DNA from: an uncultured Candidatus Poseidoniales archaeon
GTDB taxonomy: Archaea; Thermoplasmatota; Poseidoniia; Poseidoniales; Poseidoniaceae
Reading direction: 5' to 3'
DNA: 64,000 bases
NCBI GenBank assembly: GCA_963968885.1
Contig: CAXAGT010000001.1
Location: forward strand, 5,861-69,860
Below are positions 18,474-27,502 of this stretch, piece by piece. The notes under the pieces were generated by a model. The model searched no databases, was not told the DNA's origin, and saw nothing but the letters and a program-made list of their open reading frames with translations. Position 1 is the stretch's first letter; every line of letters starts with the position of its first letter. The position numbers were made by a program, and so were the translations under genes.

Positions 18474-19010
18474 CTGGGAGGACTTTGGGAATTTTTTGGT
18501 TTGCCTGACCCAGATCCCAAAAGAGAATCAATTTCAACCAACAACTCTGAAATGGAATCTGGTGGGATGCCAAGCCATGTTCATGAACCTGCTGTAGAAT
18601 CAAGAGAGGTGATTGATAATTCTGGCAAGCAAAATATTCCGAGTAACTGGATTGGTCCTAAATTACCAAACGGCGAAGCATTTCATGACCTTGAATCCCT
18701 TAGTTTTAGGAAAAATAAAATTCCAACTAGGGCACTAAGGATGGTCACTCCAAATGAAAAGCATAGAATCGATTTAGAGGGAATTGCTCAAAGATCTGTC
18801 CAAGGAGATATCTCAATAGTAAATCTGGGTGATTTGACACACATGCAAAGCCAACAGAACTTTTTGCGCAGAGAATTACGCATGCTTTCAGAAAACACTG
18901 GTTTACACATTTATTCCTTAGATAATGATGAAAAATTGATGTTGGTTCCTGGGATTGATGTTGTTGTGGATACTACGCGACATGAGTTAGGGATGAATGG
19001 ATTACTATGA
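18474..19010 (+). CDS. sepF: SepF-like (DUF552) cell-division protein, probable CTG start
   Basis: C-terminal GDISIVNLGDL...LRRELRMLSENTGLHIYSL...LMLVPGIDVVVD resembles the archaeal SepF core. In-frame CTG 18474 after SD GAGGTGA gives amphipathic MGGLWEFFGL. The ORF track starts at TTG 18501. Confidence 0.6.
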   Translation: MGGLWEFFGLPDPDPKRESISTNNSEMESGGMPSHVHEPAVESREVIDNSGKQNIPSNWIGPKLPNGEAFHDLESLSFRKNKIPTRALRMVTPNEKHRIDLEGIAQRSVQGDISIVNLGDLTHMQSQQNFLRRELRMLSENTGLHIYSLDNDEKLMLVPGIDVVVDTTRHELGMNGLL

Positions 19011-19039
19011 AATTTTTAACTGCGTCTTAGAAATTTTTT
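19010..19039 (+). terminator. AT-rich stem-loop followed by a T run, possible terminator
   Basis: AAATTTTTAA (19010-19019) and TTAGAAATTT (19027-19036) pair with one G-U and are followed by TTT, immediately after the sepF-like stop. Confidence 0.35.
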
Positions 19040-19065
19040 AGAATAGATGTGAGTTGAATCACAGT

Positions 19066-20364
19066 ATGGAAAACGACTCATTAGTTGAACTTCGAGAATT
19101 CGAAGGTTCATACCTTGAGTTATTTCTTGCTTCTGGCATTGTATTCTTGCTGTTTGTTTTCGCAGTTTTATGGCAGGCTACTAATTACTTTTCATACTGG
19201 GAGAGTAATGACTACGTTCAGCCTTTATTTCTGTTTTTTATCATGGCTACCTATGGTTGGCTCATGCTAAATGCACTGGGATGTGCCTATACTCTGCTAC
19301 CAATCATTCACCAAACCCAGTTCTTTAAGATGAAAGATTTGAGAATACAGATGTCATTTTGTATGGCAGGTCATGTTTTCATAACGTTCGCTTTGTTACA
19401 GAAGAATATCGATTATGTTACGCTTGCAGGATTTATTGGTTTATTGCTCAATGCAATCGGATTATCCAGTTTATCAATCCCAACATTTAGAGTTTCGAGA
19501 AGAAAATTAAATAATTTCGATGAACTTGGAAAAGTAGCATATTCCCTGGGAATAATAATGCCAATTTTTGGTATTCTACCAATAGTTTGTTGGGTCTTTG
19601 TACACAACAAAGAATCGTTGGAAATTGCTATGTATATAATTTCGACTTTTATGATAGGATTAGTCAATCTCACCTTCTTGGTTTCACACTTCGAGCGTAG
19701 ACTGGGATGGGATTTGATAAAAAGTGGTGGAACGATTAAAGTTTTCAAAATTTATTTATTATTTACAATAGTTGGTATTTCAAGCACTATTTTCTCCACA
19801 TTTTATTATGGTATTCCAGATATATTGTTGGGATTGACTCAAGCATTGCCTTTCCTTTGGATGTTTTATGCATTTAATCCATCAAAAGTATGGTCTAATA
19901 TGAAGAAAAAGTATCCTGTTTCTAAACCAATTTTAGCGGGTTACTTCATGCTTTTATTCAACGGAGTTATATTCCTTATACCCCAGCAAAATACGACGAA
20001 TTTTTCGATTACCTTTCAACCATGGATATTTTTAATCAGCAGTGCTATGTTGATCAACATTGGTTATGCCTCGTACATGAATGATGACCACCTTCACCTC
20101 TCTCTTCAATCAAGAAGCAATCATAGGTCATTCATATACAGTGTAATTGCATCAAAGACATTATTATTTTACCTACTATTAACATACAATTTTGATAATC
20201 CGACTAATTTCTTCTTAACAATAATCTGGATATTTTCCTTGATATTAGTGATAATTATTGCTTCACAAATGCTGTATAGGAACCTTGGTATTGGTGCCGA
20301 GGGAAGAAAATGGAGTAGCACACCGATGTTTTACACAAAGTATCAAATAAAACGGGAAGAGTAA
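19066..20364 (+). CDS. Polytopic membrane protein of unknown function (about 12 TM)
   Basis: Long AT-rich ORF with many hydrophobic helices. Confidence 0.75.
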   Translation: MENDSLVELREFEGSYLELFLASGIVFLLFVFAVLWQATNYFSYWESNDYVQPLFLFFIMATYGWLMLNALGCAYTLLPIIHQTQFFKMKDLRIQMSFCMAGHVFITFALLQKNIDYVTLAGFIGLLLNAIGLSSLSIPTFRVSRRKLNNFDELGKVAYSLGIIMPIFGILPIVCWVFVHNKESLEIAMYIISTFMIGLVNLTFLVSHFERRLGWDLIKSGGTIKVFKIYLLFTIVGISSTIFSTFYYGIPDILLGLTQALPFLWMFYAFNPSKVWSNMKKKYPVSKPILAGYFMLLFNGVIFLIPQQNTTNFSITFQPWIFLISSAMLINIGYASYMNDDHLHLSLQSRSNHRSFIYSVIASKTLLFYLLLTYNFDNPTNFFLTIIWIFSLILVIIIASQMLYRNLGIGAEGRKWSSTPMFYTKYQIKREE

Positions 20365-20915
20365 TTTTCGAGATCTTGAATTACATCAGGAGTGATTCCA
20401 AGAACTGTGGATTCTTCACCATCGATTAGCTTCGTAAATTTCCCCATTTCACCTGCTAAGTCATATCCTCCCGCTTTACCTTGCCAAGATTTTGAGGCGA
20501 GAAGATATTCCAAGTTCTCACTCGAATAATTGGAGATCTGTACTTCTGCAGTTCTTTGGCTGAATTTCCATTCCCCTAAACAGAAGAAACCAGAAGATGT
20601 TACAACAGTATGTTTTCTTCCTCTGAGGTGTTGCAAAATTTCCCTCGCATGATTCTCATTATCGGGCTTTCCTATCGCTTTGGTTTCATCATCTGGATCA
20701 ACTATCATTGTGTCTGAAACAATGACTATGTCGTAATTTTCTGTATCTGCAGCGTCCGCTTTGCGCCTGCAAATTATGTCTATGGCTTGTAAAATGCTGA
20801 TACCCTCTGGTATGCTTTCATCAGCATCAACTCCTTTCGAGAAAAGTTTTGGAACTATGGATTCTAGCATCTCCTTTCTTCTTGATGAATTAGATGCTAG
20901 CCATACTCTCATCAT
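20343..20915 (-). CDS. maf: Maf-family nucleoside triphosphate pyrophosphatase
   Basis: WLASNSSRRKEML, SDTMIV, IGKP, GKAGGY. Confidence 0.92.
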   Translation of the reverse strand: MMRVWLASNSSRRKEMLESIVPKLFSKGVDADESIPEGISILQAIDIICRRKADAADTENYDIVIVSDTMIVDPDDETKAIGKPDNENHAREILQHLRGRKHTVVTSSGFFCLGEWKFSQRTAEVQISNYSSENLEYLLASKSWQGKAGGYDLAGEMGKFTKLIDGEESTVLGITPDVIQDLENYSSRFI

Positions 20916-21018
20916 AACTATGCAAGCGATAGTGGTGAATATATTTTGAGAATGAAATCAAAAAATTTGTGCGTAGGTTTCAAGTGATTTAGATTTCTAG
21001 CACATCCGGTGCAAGACT

Positions 21019-21738
21019 ATGTCTGATGTAAACAGAATTCCTACTCACATTGAAGGATTGGACGAAAACATGCAAGGTGGTATCCCAAAGAAACACATCT
21101 GCATTGTGGCTGGGGCCTCTGGAGCAATGAAATCCTCTCTTACATTTTCTTTGTTGTACAACTCGGTTTTGTACGGTGATACAAGTGGAATTTACGTAAC
21201 ACTTGAACAGGGTAAGGAGTCTCTGAAATCACACATGTCCAATATGGGTATGAACGTTGAAGATGCTAGGGTTAGAAATCGTATTGCAATTATTGACTTA
21301 GCAGATTTGAGAGTTCAATTAGATGAACAAGGCATGTCTGATAGAGTCGATTGGATGGGTCAATTGATTAAACAACTAACATCATACAGAAATTCTATTG
21401 GTTTTGAAGTTCTAGTATTCGATTCTCTTGGTGCCTTCTTTACATTGACCAAAATGGAAAATCCAAGAGATGAAATTTTCAGGCTTTTCGAAGCAGTAAG
21501 AAGACTAAACCTCACTTCATTCTTCATCTGTGAGATGACTGGAGATGATCATAAGCAATTCGGTGAATATGGCGTAGAAGATTATCTGAGCGATGGTGTT
21601 ATTCATTTAGTAATGGAAAGAGAAGGGGACGAAGTAAATAGGAAATTGGGTGTTGTTAAGATGAGACACACAAACCACATGCTTGGATACAAACCCTTCT
21701 GGTGGAAAGAAGATGAGCAAAGGTTCTCTGTTCTTTGA
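21019..21738 (+). CDS. Single-domain KaiC/RAD55-like ATPase
   Basis: RIPTHIEGLD...GGIP, Walker A GASGAMKS, YVTLEQ, Walker B LVFDS, EDYLSDGVI, VVKMR. Confidence 0.9.
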   Translation: MSDVNRIPTHIEGLDENMQGGIPKKHICIVAGASGAMKSSLTFSLLYNSVLYGDTSGIYVTLEQGKESLKSHMSNMGMNVEDARVRNRIAIIDLADLRVQLDEQGMSDRVDWMGQLIKQLTSYRNSIGFEVLVFDSLGAFFTLTKMENPRDEIFRLFEAVRRLNLTSFFICEMTGDDHKQFGEYGVEDYLSDGVIHLVMEREGDEVNRKLGVVKMRHTNHMLGYKPFWWKEDEQRFSVL

Positions 21739-22347
21739 TCAGTAGATATTTCCCAATATAATTCTAGGATCGGGATATTTTTTTATCGCCTCATTTCTTT
21801 GCTCGATATTTACTACTCCTGGCATGTTTGCTTCTTTGGGTTCTTCAAATGTGATTTGAATATGTACATGTGGTTCCCAATTTCCATTTTCGTTTTTATC
21901 TCCCATCCAACAATATGTTTCTCCTGCTGAAATTTCCATTCCAACCTCAATATTTTCAATGCTATTAGAGGATAAATGACCACACAGTACCCATAGAGTT
22001 TTTTCCTTTCCTGCCCACTTATGAGTAGAATCATCTGGAAACTTTACAGTATGCTCGGTTATTATCAGGTTTCCGTACCCACCATCTTCTTCTTCATAAG
22101 CGAAAGAATGAACCTTACCGTCACTGAATGCCCTAATTGGTGTTCCAACTGGTGCTCCAATGTCGATACCAATGTGATGGTTTCTCTCTCCATCAAAGAG
22201 AGCTGTTTCATACATTCCAGGTCTAGTTTCATCATACCTTCCTATTTGGAATTCATAAGGACAATCCCATTCTGATAATCCTCTGCTGAAATCATAAACC
22301 CAGTATTCATCAGGAAGCTCAACCATGTCAAAGAATGGTGAGTGCAT
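21739..22347 (-). CDS. M23-family zinc metallopeptidase without signal peptide
   Basis: HxxxD (HIGID), APVGTPIRA..DGKV, GGYGN, catalytic GHL, HxH (PHVH). Confidence 0.88.
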   Translation of the reverse strand: MHSPFFDMVELPDEYWVYDFSRGLSEWDCPYEFQIGRYDETRPGMYETALFDGERNHHIGIDIGAPVGTPIRAFSDGKVHSFAYEEEDGGYGNLIITEHTVKFPDDSTHKWAGKEKTLWVLCGHLSSNSIENIEVGMEISAGETYCWMGDKNENGNWEPHVHIQITFEEPKEANMPGVVNIEQRNEAIKKYPDPRIILGNIY

Positions 22348-22410
22348 GGCGTGTCCTGTGTTCTACAACTTTTGAACTATGCTCATGTTGATTTACCCAC
22401 TTCTTTTGGT

Positions 22411-24639
22411 ATGCATGTGTGGTTGGTAGTTTTGGCATTGGTCTTGTCAACGTTACTACCTGGATTGGTCATTTCCTGCTTTTTCCTGAAATCTGCTAAT
22501 CCTACGACTAAGCTTACCGCTTCACCAATGATTGGTCTATTTTGCTTGTTTCTGATTACTGGCTTTGTCCAATTAATTGGATTATATTCGCCACTTCTTG
22601 TTGCTATTTTGGCACTAGCAATAAATTTCAGTTCAGTGATGTACTTGCTCAATTCAGAAAAGAATTTTAAATCCTTTTTCATGGAAATTTACACTGCTCA
22701 TTTTTCTGAAAAGCAAAATAGGTTCTTTTCTATCGCTTTCATAATTTTATCTATCTTTACATTGAGCCCTATTTTTCTTCTTGACATCCCATACGGTGTA
22801 GATTGGATCGGTTTCTCGAATCTTCTAGTGGCACTAAACCAAACGGGTTCTTTGAATTTCATGGAACCAAATTATGGGAATTGGATTTACCCACCAGGTT
22901 TTATTTCTACGGCAGGTATTTTGTCCATTTTTCCTAACGTACAAGAATTCGAGGCACTTTTAATTCTTGGATTCTATTCTCTTTTTACAATAATTCTTGG
23001 AGTTTTTGCAGTTGGTGAGAAATATAATGCTGGGATTTTTTGTGGTTTAATGATGTTTCTTGGAGTTGGGATATTTGCAAAATCCTTTGACTCGGGATGG
23101 CCGACAGTTGCTAGCCAAATCCCTGTTTTAATCGGTCTATTGATTCTCCAAGAATCAGATTTTACAATCGATATTAGTAATAGATTCAAACTTTTGCTAA
23201 CAGTTTTAGGGGCTTTAATTATTCACCCTACCGGAGCAATTTCCCTCTTCATACTTATTTTCGTGGTTGTCTTTTTGCAAAGAGATAAGGTTAGCAATAA
23301 AGAATACAAAGTTGTATTCGTTGGTTTAATTTGTCTAATCTTTGTAATCTCAAATTTGCTTTCTTCCAACCTATCCAATTTAGAACAATTTTCTGAATAT
23401 GGTTGGCAAGGGGGTTTTGTTTTGATAAAATACAATGCTCCACTGTGCTTAATCGCTCTTTATTATGGCATCAGGCAGCATAAGAATTCGACCATTAATA
23501 CTATGAGTAAATGGCTTTTCTTAGTTTGGCTCTTATCCTTTGTTCATTTGTTGCCTATTTTAGAAGAATTACCTGCTACAAAACTTCTTGGATATTTGTG
23601 CTATTCAATGGGACTACATATGTTCCACATTCCTTTTTCGTTAATTGCAGGGACCGGTTTAATGCTGAGTTTGCAGTCAATTCAAACACAAGTAGACTCT
23701 AATCTCAATTTTACTAAATTTCTATCTAAACAAGCAATTTCTCTTCTCTTAGTATGTTGCTTCTTGTTACCAATAGGCATTCATGTTCTCGCCCAAACAG
23801 CAGAAAATAAACACCATTTTGCAACAACTGAATCAACCTTAGAACTAATCGACCAAGTCAACACAATGGAGATTAGTTCCATCGTGTATACGGAGAATAG
23901 TCATTGGGGATATTTGCAAATAGAAGAAATTAGATTCCGAACTACATCTATTCCTAGACTGGGGCTAATGGTAGAGCAAAATTACGTTCAATCAGAAGCG
24001 ACAAGGGCTATACTGAGCAATGATTTTGAAACTCTAAGGAATCTTGAAATTGAATACGCAATTACTTCTCCAATGGGTTCACTTCAATATTCTTTGATAG
24101 AATCAGGTAGTTGGATTACTATTCTAGATATTGACGGTTCTCGACTCTGGAAACTTGATTCAGAATCTTCCAATGCAAATATTCAAGCCTTTGCATTTAA
24201 TGAAACAAATTGTAGTCAGAATGATTGTCAAAAAGTGAAGGATTTGTGGAGAGATTACAGATATAATGATCAACTAGAATTGGGAAAAAATAGATTGAAA
24301 TTAACTGGAGAAGGGGGTATAGATGTGCCTCTGAATCTAGCAAATCAAAGCGGAAAAGCCTGTATTTTATATGAGGTAAGGGGTAAAGTAGACGAATTTA
24401 ATGTGAACTTTTTAAGTTATAATTCTTCGTTTAGAACTGCTCTCAATACATCTCCTGGATGGCATCTTGATTGCGAAGAGACTGTTGTCTTTGATTTAAT
24501 TGAATTACAATTTGATGTTCAGATTTCGAATGATAGAGGATTTGCTAATCCTTCTGGTTTTAGCGGTCGCAGCGAGTATCTATTCGAAAAACCGGGTGTA
24601 GTTTTGCATCATTTTGAATTTCATAACTCCTCTGCGTGA
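22411..24639 (+). CDS. Polytopic membrane protein, probable GT-C-fold glycosyltransferase with C-terminal extracellular domain
   Basis: More than 12 TM helices with loops PYGVDW and YPPGF, and a soluble C-terminal domain. Adjacent to a GT2. Confidence 0.55.
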   Translation: MHVWLVVLALVLSTLLPGLVISCFFLKSANPTTKLTASPMIGLFCLFLITGFVQLIGLYSPLLVAILALAINFSSVMYLLNSEKNFKSFFMEIYTAHFSEKQNRFFSIAFIILSIFTLSPIFLLDIPYGVDWIGFSNLLVALNQTGSLNFMEPNYGNWIYPPGFISTAGILSIFPNVQEFEALLILGFYSLFTIILGVFAVGEKYNAGIFCGLMMFLGVGIFAKSFDSGWPTVASQIPVLIGLLILQESDFTIDISNRFKLLLTVLGALIIHPTGAISLFILIFVVVFLQRDKVSNKEYKVVFVGLICLIFVISNLLSSNLSNLEQFSEYGWQGGFVLIKYNAPLCLIALYYGIRQHKNSTINTMSKWLFLVWLLSFVHLLPILEELPATKLLGYLCYSMGLHMFHIPFSLIAGTGLMLSLQSIQTQVDSNLNFTKFLSKQAISLLLVCCFLLPIGIHVLAQTAENKHHFATTESTLELIDQVNTMEISSIVYTENSHWGYLQIEEIRFRTTSIPRLGLMVEQNYVQSEATRAILSNDFETLRNLEIEYAITSPMGSLQYSLIESGSWITILDIDGSRLWKLDSESSNANIQAFAFNETNCSQNDCQKVKDLWRDYRYNDQLELGKNRLKLTGEGGIDVPLNLANQSGKACILYEVRGKVDEFNVNFLSYNSSFRTALNTSPGWHLDCEETVVFDLIELQFDVQISNDRGFANPSGFSGRSEYLFEKPGVVLHHFEFHNSSA

Positions 24640-24673
24640 AAAATACTAATTGTGAGAATCGACTCGGAGAGTC

Positions 24674-25426
24674 GTGAAATCGCTGTTGATATTGCTGCCA
24701 ACTCTTAACGAAGAGGGTGGTTTGTCAAAAATTTCAACAAAAATTCCAGTAGATGTTTTGCGAGAGAAAGGCTGGAATCCCTCTACCTTGGTCGTGGACG
24801 GCGACTCCAAGGACAGAACAAAACTAATTGCTGTAGAAAATGGTTTCAAAATTATTCAGCAAGCAGGAAAAGGCAAAGGTGCAGCATTGCGCTCGGGATT
24901 TAATTATGCTTTGTCACAAGATTATGAGGCATTAGTAATGCTTGACGCAGATGCTACTTATGATCCTGATGATATCATCAAATTAGTAGAAAAATTAAGC
25001 GAATTTGATGTGGTAATTGGAGATAGATTAAGAGGGCAATTAAATGATGAATCAATGGGAGTTGTCAATTTTTTTGGCAACCATGCCCTATCTTGGATAG
25101 CTAGGACATTATTTTCGGAAGATATAGGTGATCTGTGTACTGGATATTGGGCATTCACCAAAAATGCCCTTAGTACGTTAGAGTTGAATAGCGTGAGTTT
25201 CGAAATTGAAGCCGAAATGTTTTGTTCGAGTACTAAAAATGGTCTAAAGATCGGTTCTGTGCCTATATCCTACTCGAAGCGAGAGGGAGAGGCAAAACTA
25301 GGGTCATTCTCTGATGGAGCTAGGATTTTGAGAAAATTACTGGTCAGAAGACTGTTTCCAATACCAGTTGAGTCAAAAATCAACAATGACAAATTAGCGC
25401 TTGGTTCAGAAAATAAAGTAAACTGA
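24674..25426 (+). CDS. GT2 glycosyltransferase (polyprenol-phosphate glycosyltransferase/DPM1-like)
   Basis: LLPTLNEE, VVDGDSKDRT, GKGAA, MLDADATY, DLCTGY, FEIEAE. Confidence 0.9.
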   Translation: MKSLLILLPTLNEEGGLSKISTKIPVDVLREKGWNPSTLVVDGDSKDRTKLIAVENGFKIIQQAGKGKGAALRSGFNYALSQDYEALVMLDADATYDPDDIIKLVEKLSEFDVVIGDRLRGQLNDESMGVVNFFGNHALSWIARTLFSEDIGDLCTGYWAFTKNALSTLELNSVSFEIEAEMFCSSTKNGLKIGSVPISYSKREGEAKLGSFSDGARILRKLLVRRLFPIPVESKINNDKLALGSENKVN

Positions 25427-25498
25427 ACAAACCTCTTCACCAGAGAACTAAATGACATTACAATAAAGTGTCATGCTATATTGGAGGGTGATGATAAC

Positions 25499-26578
25499 AT
25501 GGGTATTACTGCGATGATTCCTGATATGTCACTAGACCAACTAATCATCGATGCACCCAAAAATTGGGCTGAAATATGGGACCAAAATGCTGCAAGGACT
25601 AGGGTTTTGCTCATGTGCCCCAGAAAAGAGCGAAAAATAATGCAACTACATGGGGATTTCATTGAGCATGGACAGCCTGTTATGGGGATATTTCACAGGC
25701 CTAGGGTTGAGGAAGATTTACTGAAGGAGCAAGGTTTTGATCCTCGCTCTGCTTCGTTCCAATTTCTTGATATTAGCACTCCGGATTTAGGTCCATGGTT
25801 ACAAGATTTAATCAAAAATGATGGCTGGGTCAGGTCAACAATCCAGATTTCTCCTCTTCCTTTCAATATTGGAAGTCCAGCCCAAAGGCAATTTGAGAAA
25901 GAAAATATTCTCTGTTTCAAACATCCTAGCATTGCAGATTTGGGAACTTACTATCTCCCATTCCCAATTGGTTCCATTCCGGGTAAATGTTTCATTTCAC
26001 TACCGAGAAAGCAAGCAGCTGAAATGGCAAGGCAGCAAGCTGAGATTCTTGGGGTCGGCAGACTTCCAACCAAGCAAGAGGTCAAAGAAATAAGGGAGCA
26101 GGAAGAACAGAAAGTTTCTGTTGTCGAGGATGAGCCTAAACCTAAGGTTGAAGTTAGCCAGATTGAACCTGTTCCACTGCCAGACAATGCAAATTTGGAG
26201 AAATCAAACACAGCGGCTGAGGATATCATCGATAAAGTCAATCAGCGTGTAGATCAAGCAATGACAGATTTATCCAATCAAGACGGAGAGGTTGAAGAAA
26301 ACATTGACCTTACTCCAAATGAATCTGTTGTCCCACTACCTCAAAGCGGAAATCTGGATGATCAAGTCCCCTCTCAAGAGGAGCCTTCATCGGACAATGA
26401 TCAGGTCTCCAAAGTTAGTGACATAGAGAGGGAGTTTAGGGCTCTAATCTCTGAGTTGATGGAATCGGGTATTGACCCTTCCTCGATGATGGAAGATGCA
26501 AGGTTCGAGATATTGAATGAACGTGCGATTGCGGAAGGATTCGAAACTTGGCCTGTATTTGTTGAGATGACACAATAA
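25499..26578 (+). CDS. Hypothetical protein (globular N-domain, acidic disordered linker, small C-terminal helical domain)
   Basis: SD GGAGGGTGA precedes ATG 25499. Long ORF. Confidence 0.75.
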   Translation: MGITAMIPDMSLDQLIIDAPKNWAEIWDQNAARTRVLLMCPRKERKIMQLHGDFIEHGQPVMGIFHRPRVEEDLLKEQGFDPRSASFQFLDISTPDLGPWLQDLIKNDGWVRSTIQISPLPFNIGSPAQRQFEKENILCFKHPSIADLGTYYLPFPIGSIPGKCFISLPRKQAAEMARQQAEILGVGRLPTKQEVKEIREQEEQKVSVVEDEPKPKVEVSQIEPVPLPDNANLEKSNTAAEDIIDKVNQRVDQAMTDLSNQDGEVEENIDLTPNESVVPLPQSGNLDDQVPSQEEPSSDNDQVSKVSDIEREFRALISELMESGIDPSSMMEDARFEILNERAIAEGFETWPVFVEMTQ

Positions 26579-26622
26579 TAAACATTCAAATGATATCTAG
26601 GTTAGCAGGGATTGGTGAGGAA

Positions 26623-26802
26623 ATGGGTTATTGCATAAATTGTGGTCAAGGACATGTAGATGGCACAAGGTTTTGCAGATTCTGCGGAAGTCAACAACCA
26701 GGAGAGCAACTACTTGCTAGATTGAGGCAGGAAGCACTTTATATCCAGCAGATGAGATTTGCGCAAAATCAAAATCCTGGTTACGGAAATCAGCGCTGGT
26801 GA
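26623..26802 (+). CDS. Small zinc-ribbon protein
   Basis: YCINCG...FCRFCG double CxxC. SD GGTGAGG precedes ATG 26623. Confidence 0.75.
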   Translation: MGYCINCGQGHVDGTRFCRFCGSQQPGEQLLARLRQEALYIQQMRFAQNQNPGYGNQRW

Positions 26803-26806
26803 TGTA

Positions 26807-27424
26807 TTGAAAAAAAAACATCTAGCAATTACTCTATCTAAGTTAATTCCCCATCCTCAACTAAACGTGCATCTCGAACAGTATGCAACTGAAGGCGATG
26901 TTGCAAGCGATTGGATTTATGCTATCGCAAATAATTTTGATTTCGAGCAATCAAATGTGGTAGATTTAGGCTCCGGCAATGGTATCCTTGGCATCGGCAC
27001 ATATTATGCAGGAGCCACGAGAATAACTCTAGTAGAGGCAGACAATAAAGCACATGAAATCGCTCATTCGAATATTGATCAATTGGAATTCAAGACTCGA
27101 TTTAATCTTCTAAATTCAAAAATCGCTGACCTCGATATCGATTGGTCTGATGTAGACTTAGTCATCTCTAATCCGCCCTGGGGATATCAGAAAGAAAAGG
27201 CAGATCGTGAGTTCATAGAAATCGGCATGAAGAATGGTGTAGACGAGATTCATATCTTGCATAGTTCAAAAGCAACTCACTTGGAGAAGATTGGAGAGGA
27301 ATATGGATATGATTCAGAGGTTATTTTCAAGGGAAGTTTTAGACTTCCTGCTATCTATTCTCATCACACAAAGTCCTCTGAATTCACAGAATTTTCAGCC
27401 TGGAGATTTTTCAAACGTTCCTGA
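26807..27424 (+). CDS. METTL5-like N6-adenine RNA methyltransferase
   Basis: MKKKHLAITLSKL (TTG 26807 after GGTGA), LEQYAT, DLGSGNGILG, SNPPW, ADREF. Located before csl4 as is common in archaea. Confidence 0.88.
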   Translation: MKKKHLAITLSKLIPHPQLNVHLEQYATEGDVASDWIYAIANNFDFEQSNVVDLGSGNGILGIGTYYAGATRITLVEADNKAHEIAHSNIDQLEFKTRFNLLNSKIADLDIDWSDVDLVISNPPWGYQKEKADREFIEIGMKNGVDEIHILHSSKATHLEKIGEEYGYDSEVIFKGSFRLPAIYSHHTKSSEFTEFSAWRFFKRS

Positions 27425-27502
27425 TTGATAGGAGAGGGGTTCAAAAGTCGAAAGCATTTGGAGAGGTTTGTCCAGTGCTCAACTCTGGAATTGTGTGATA
27501 TT

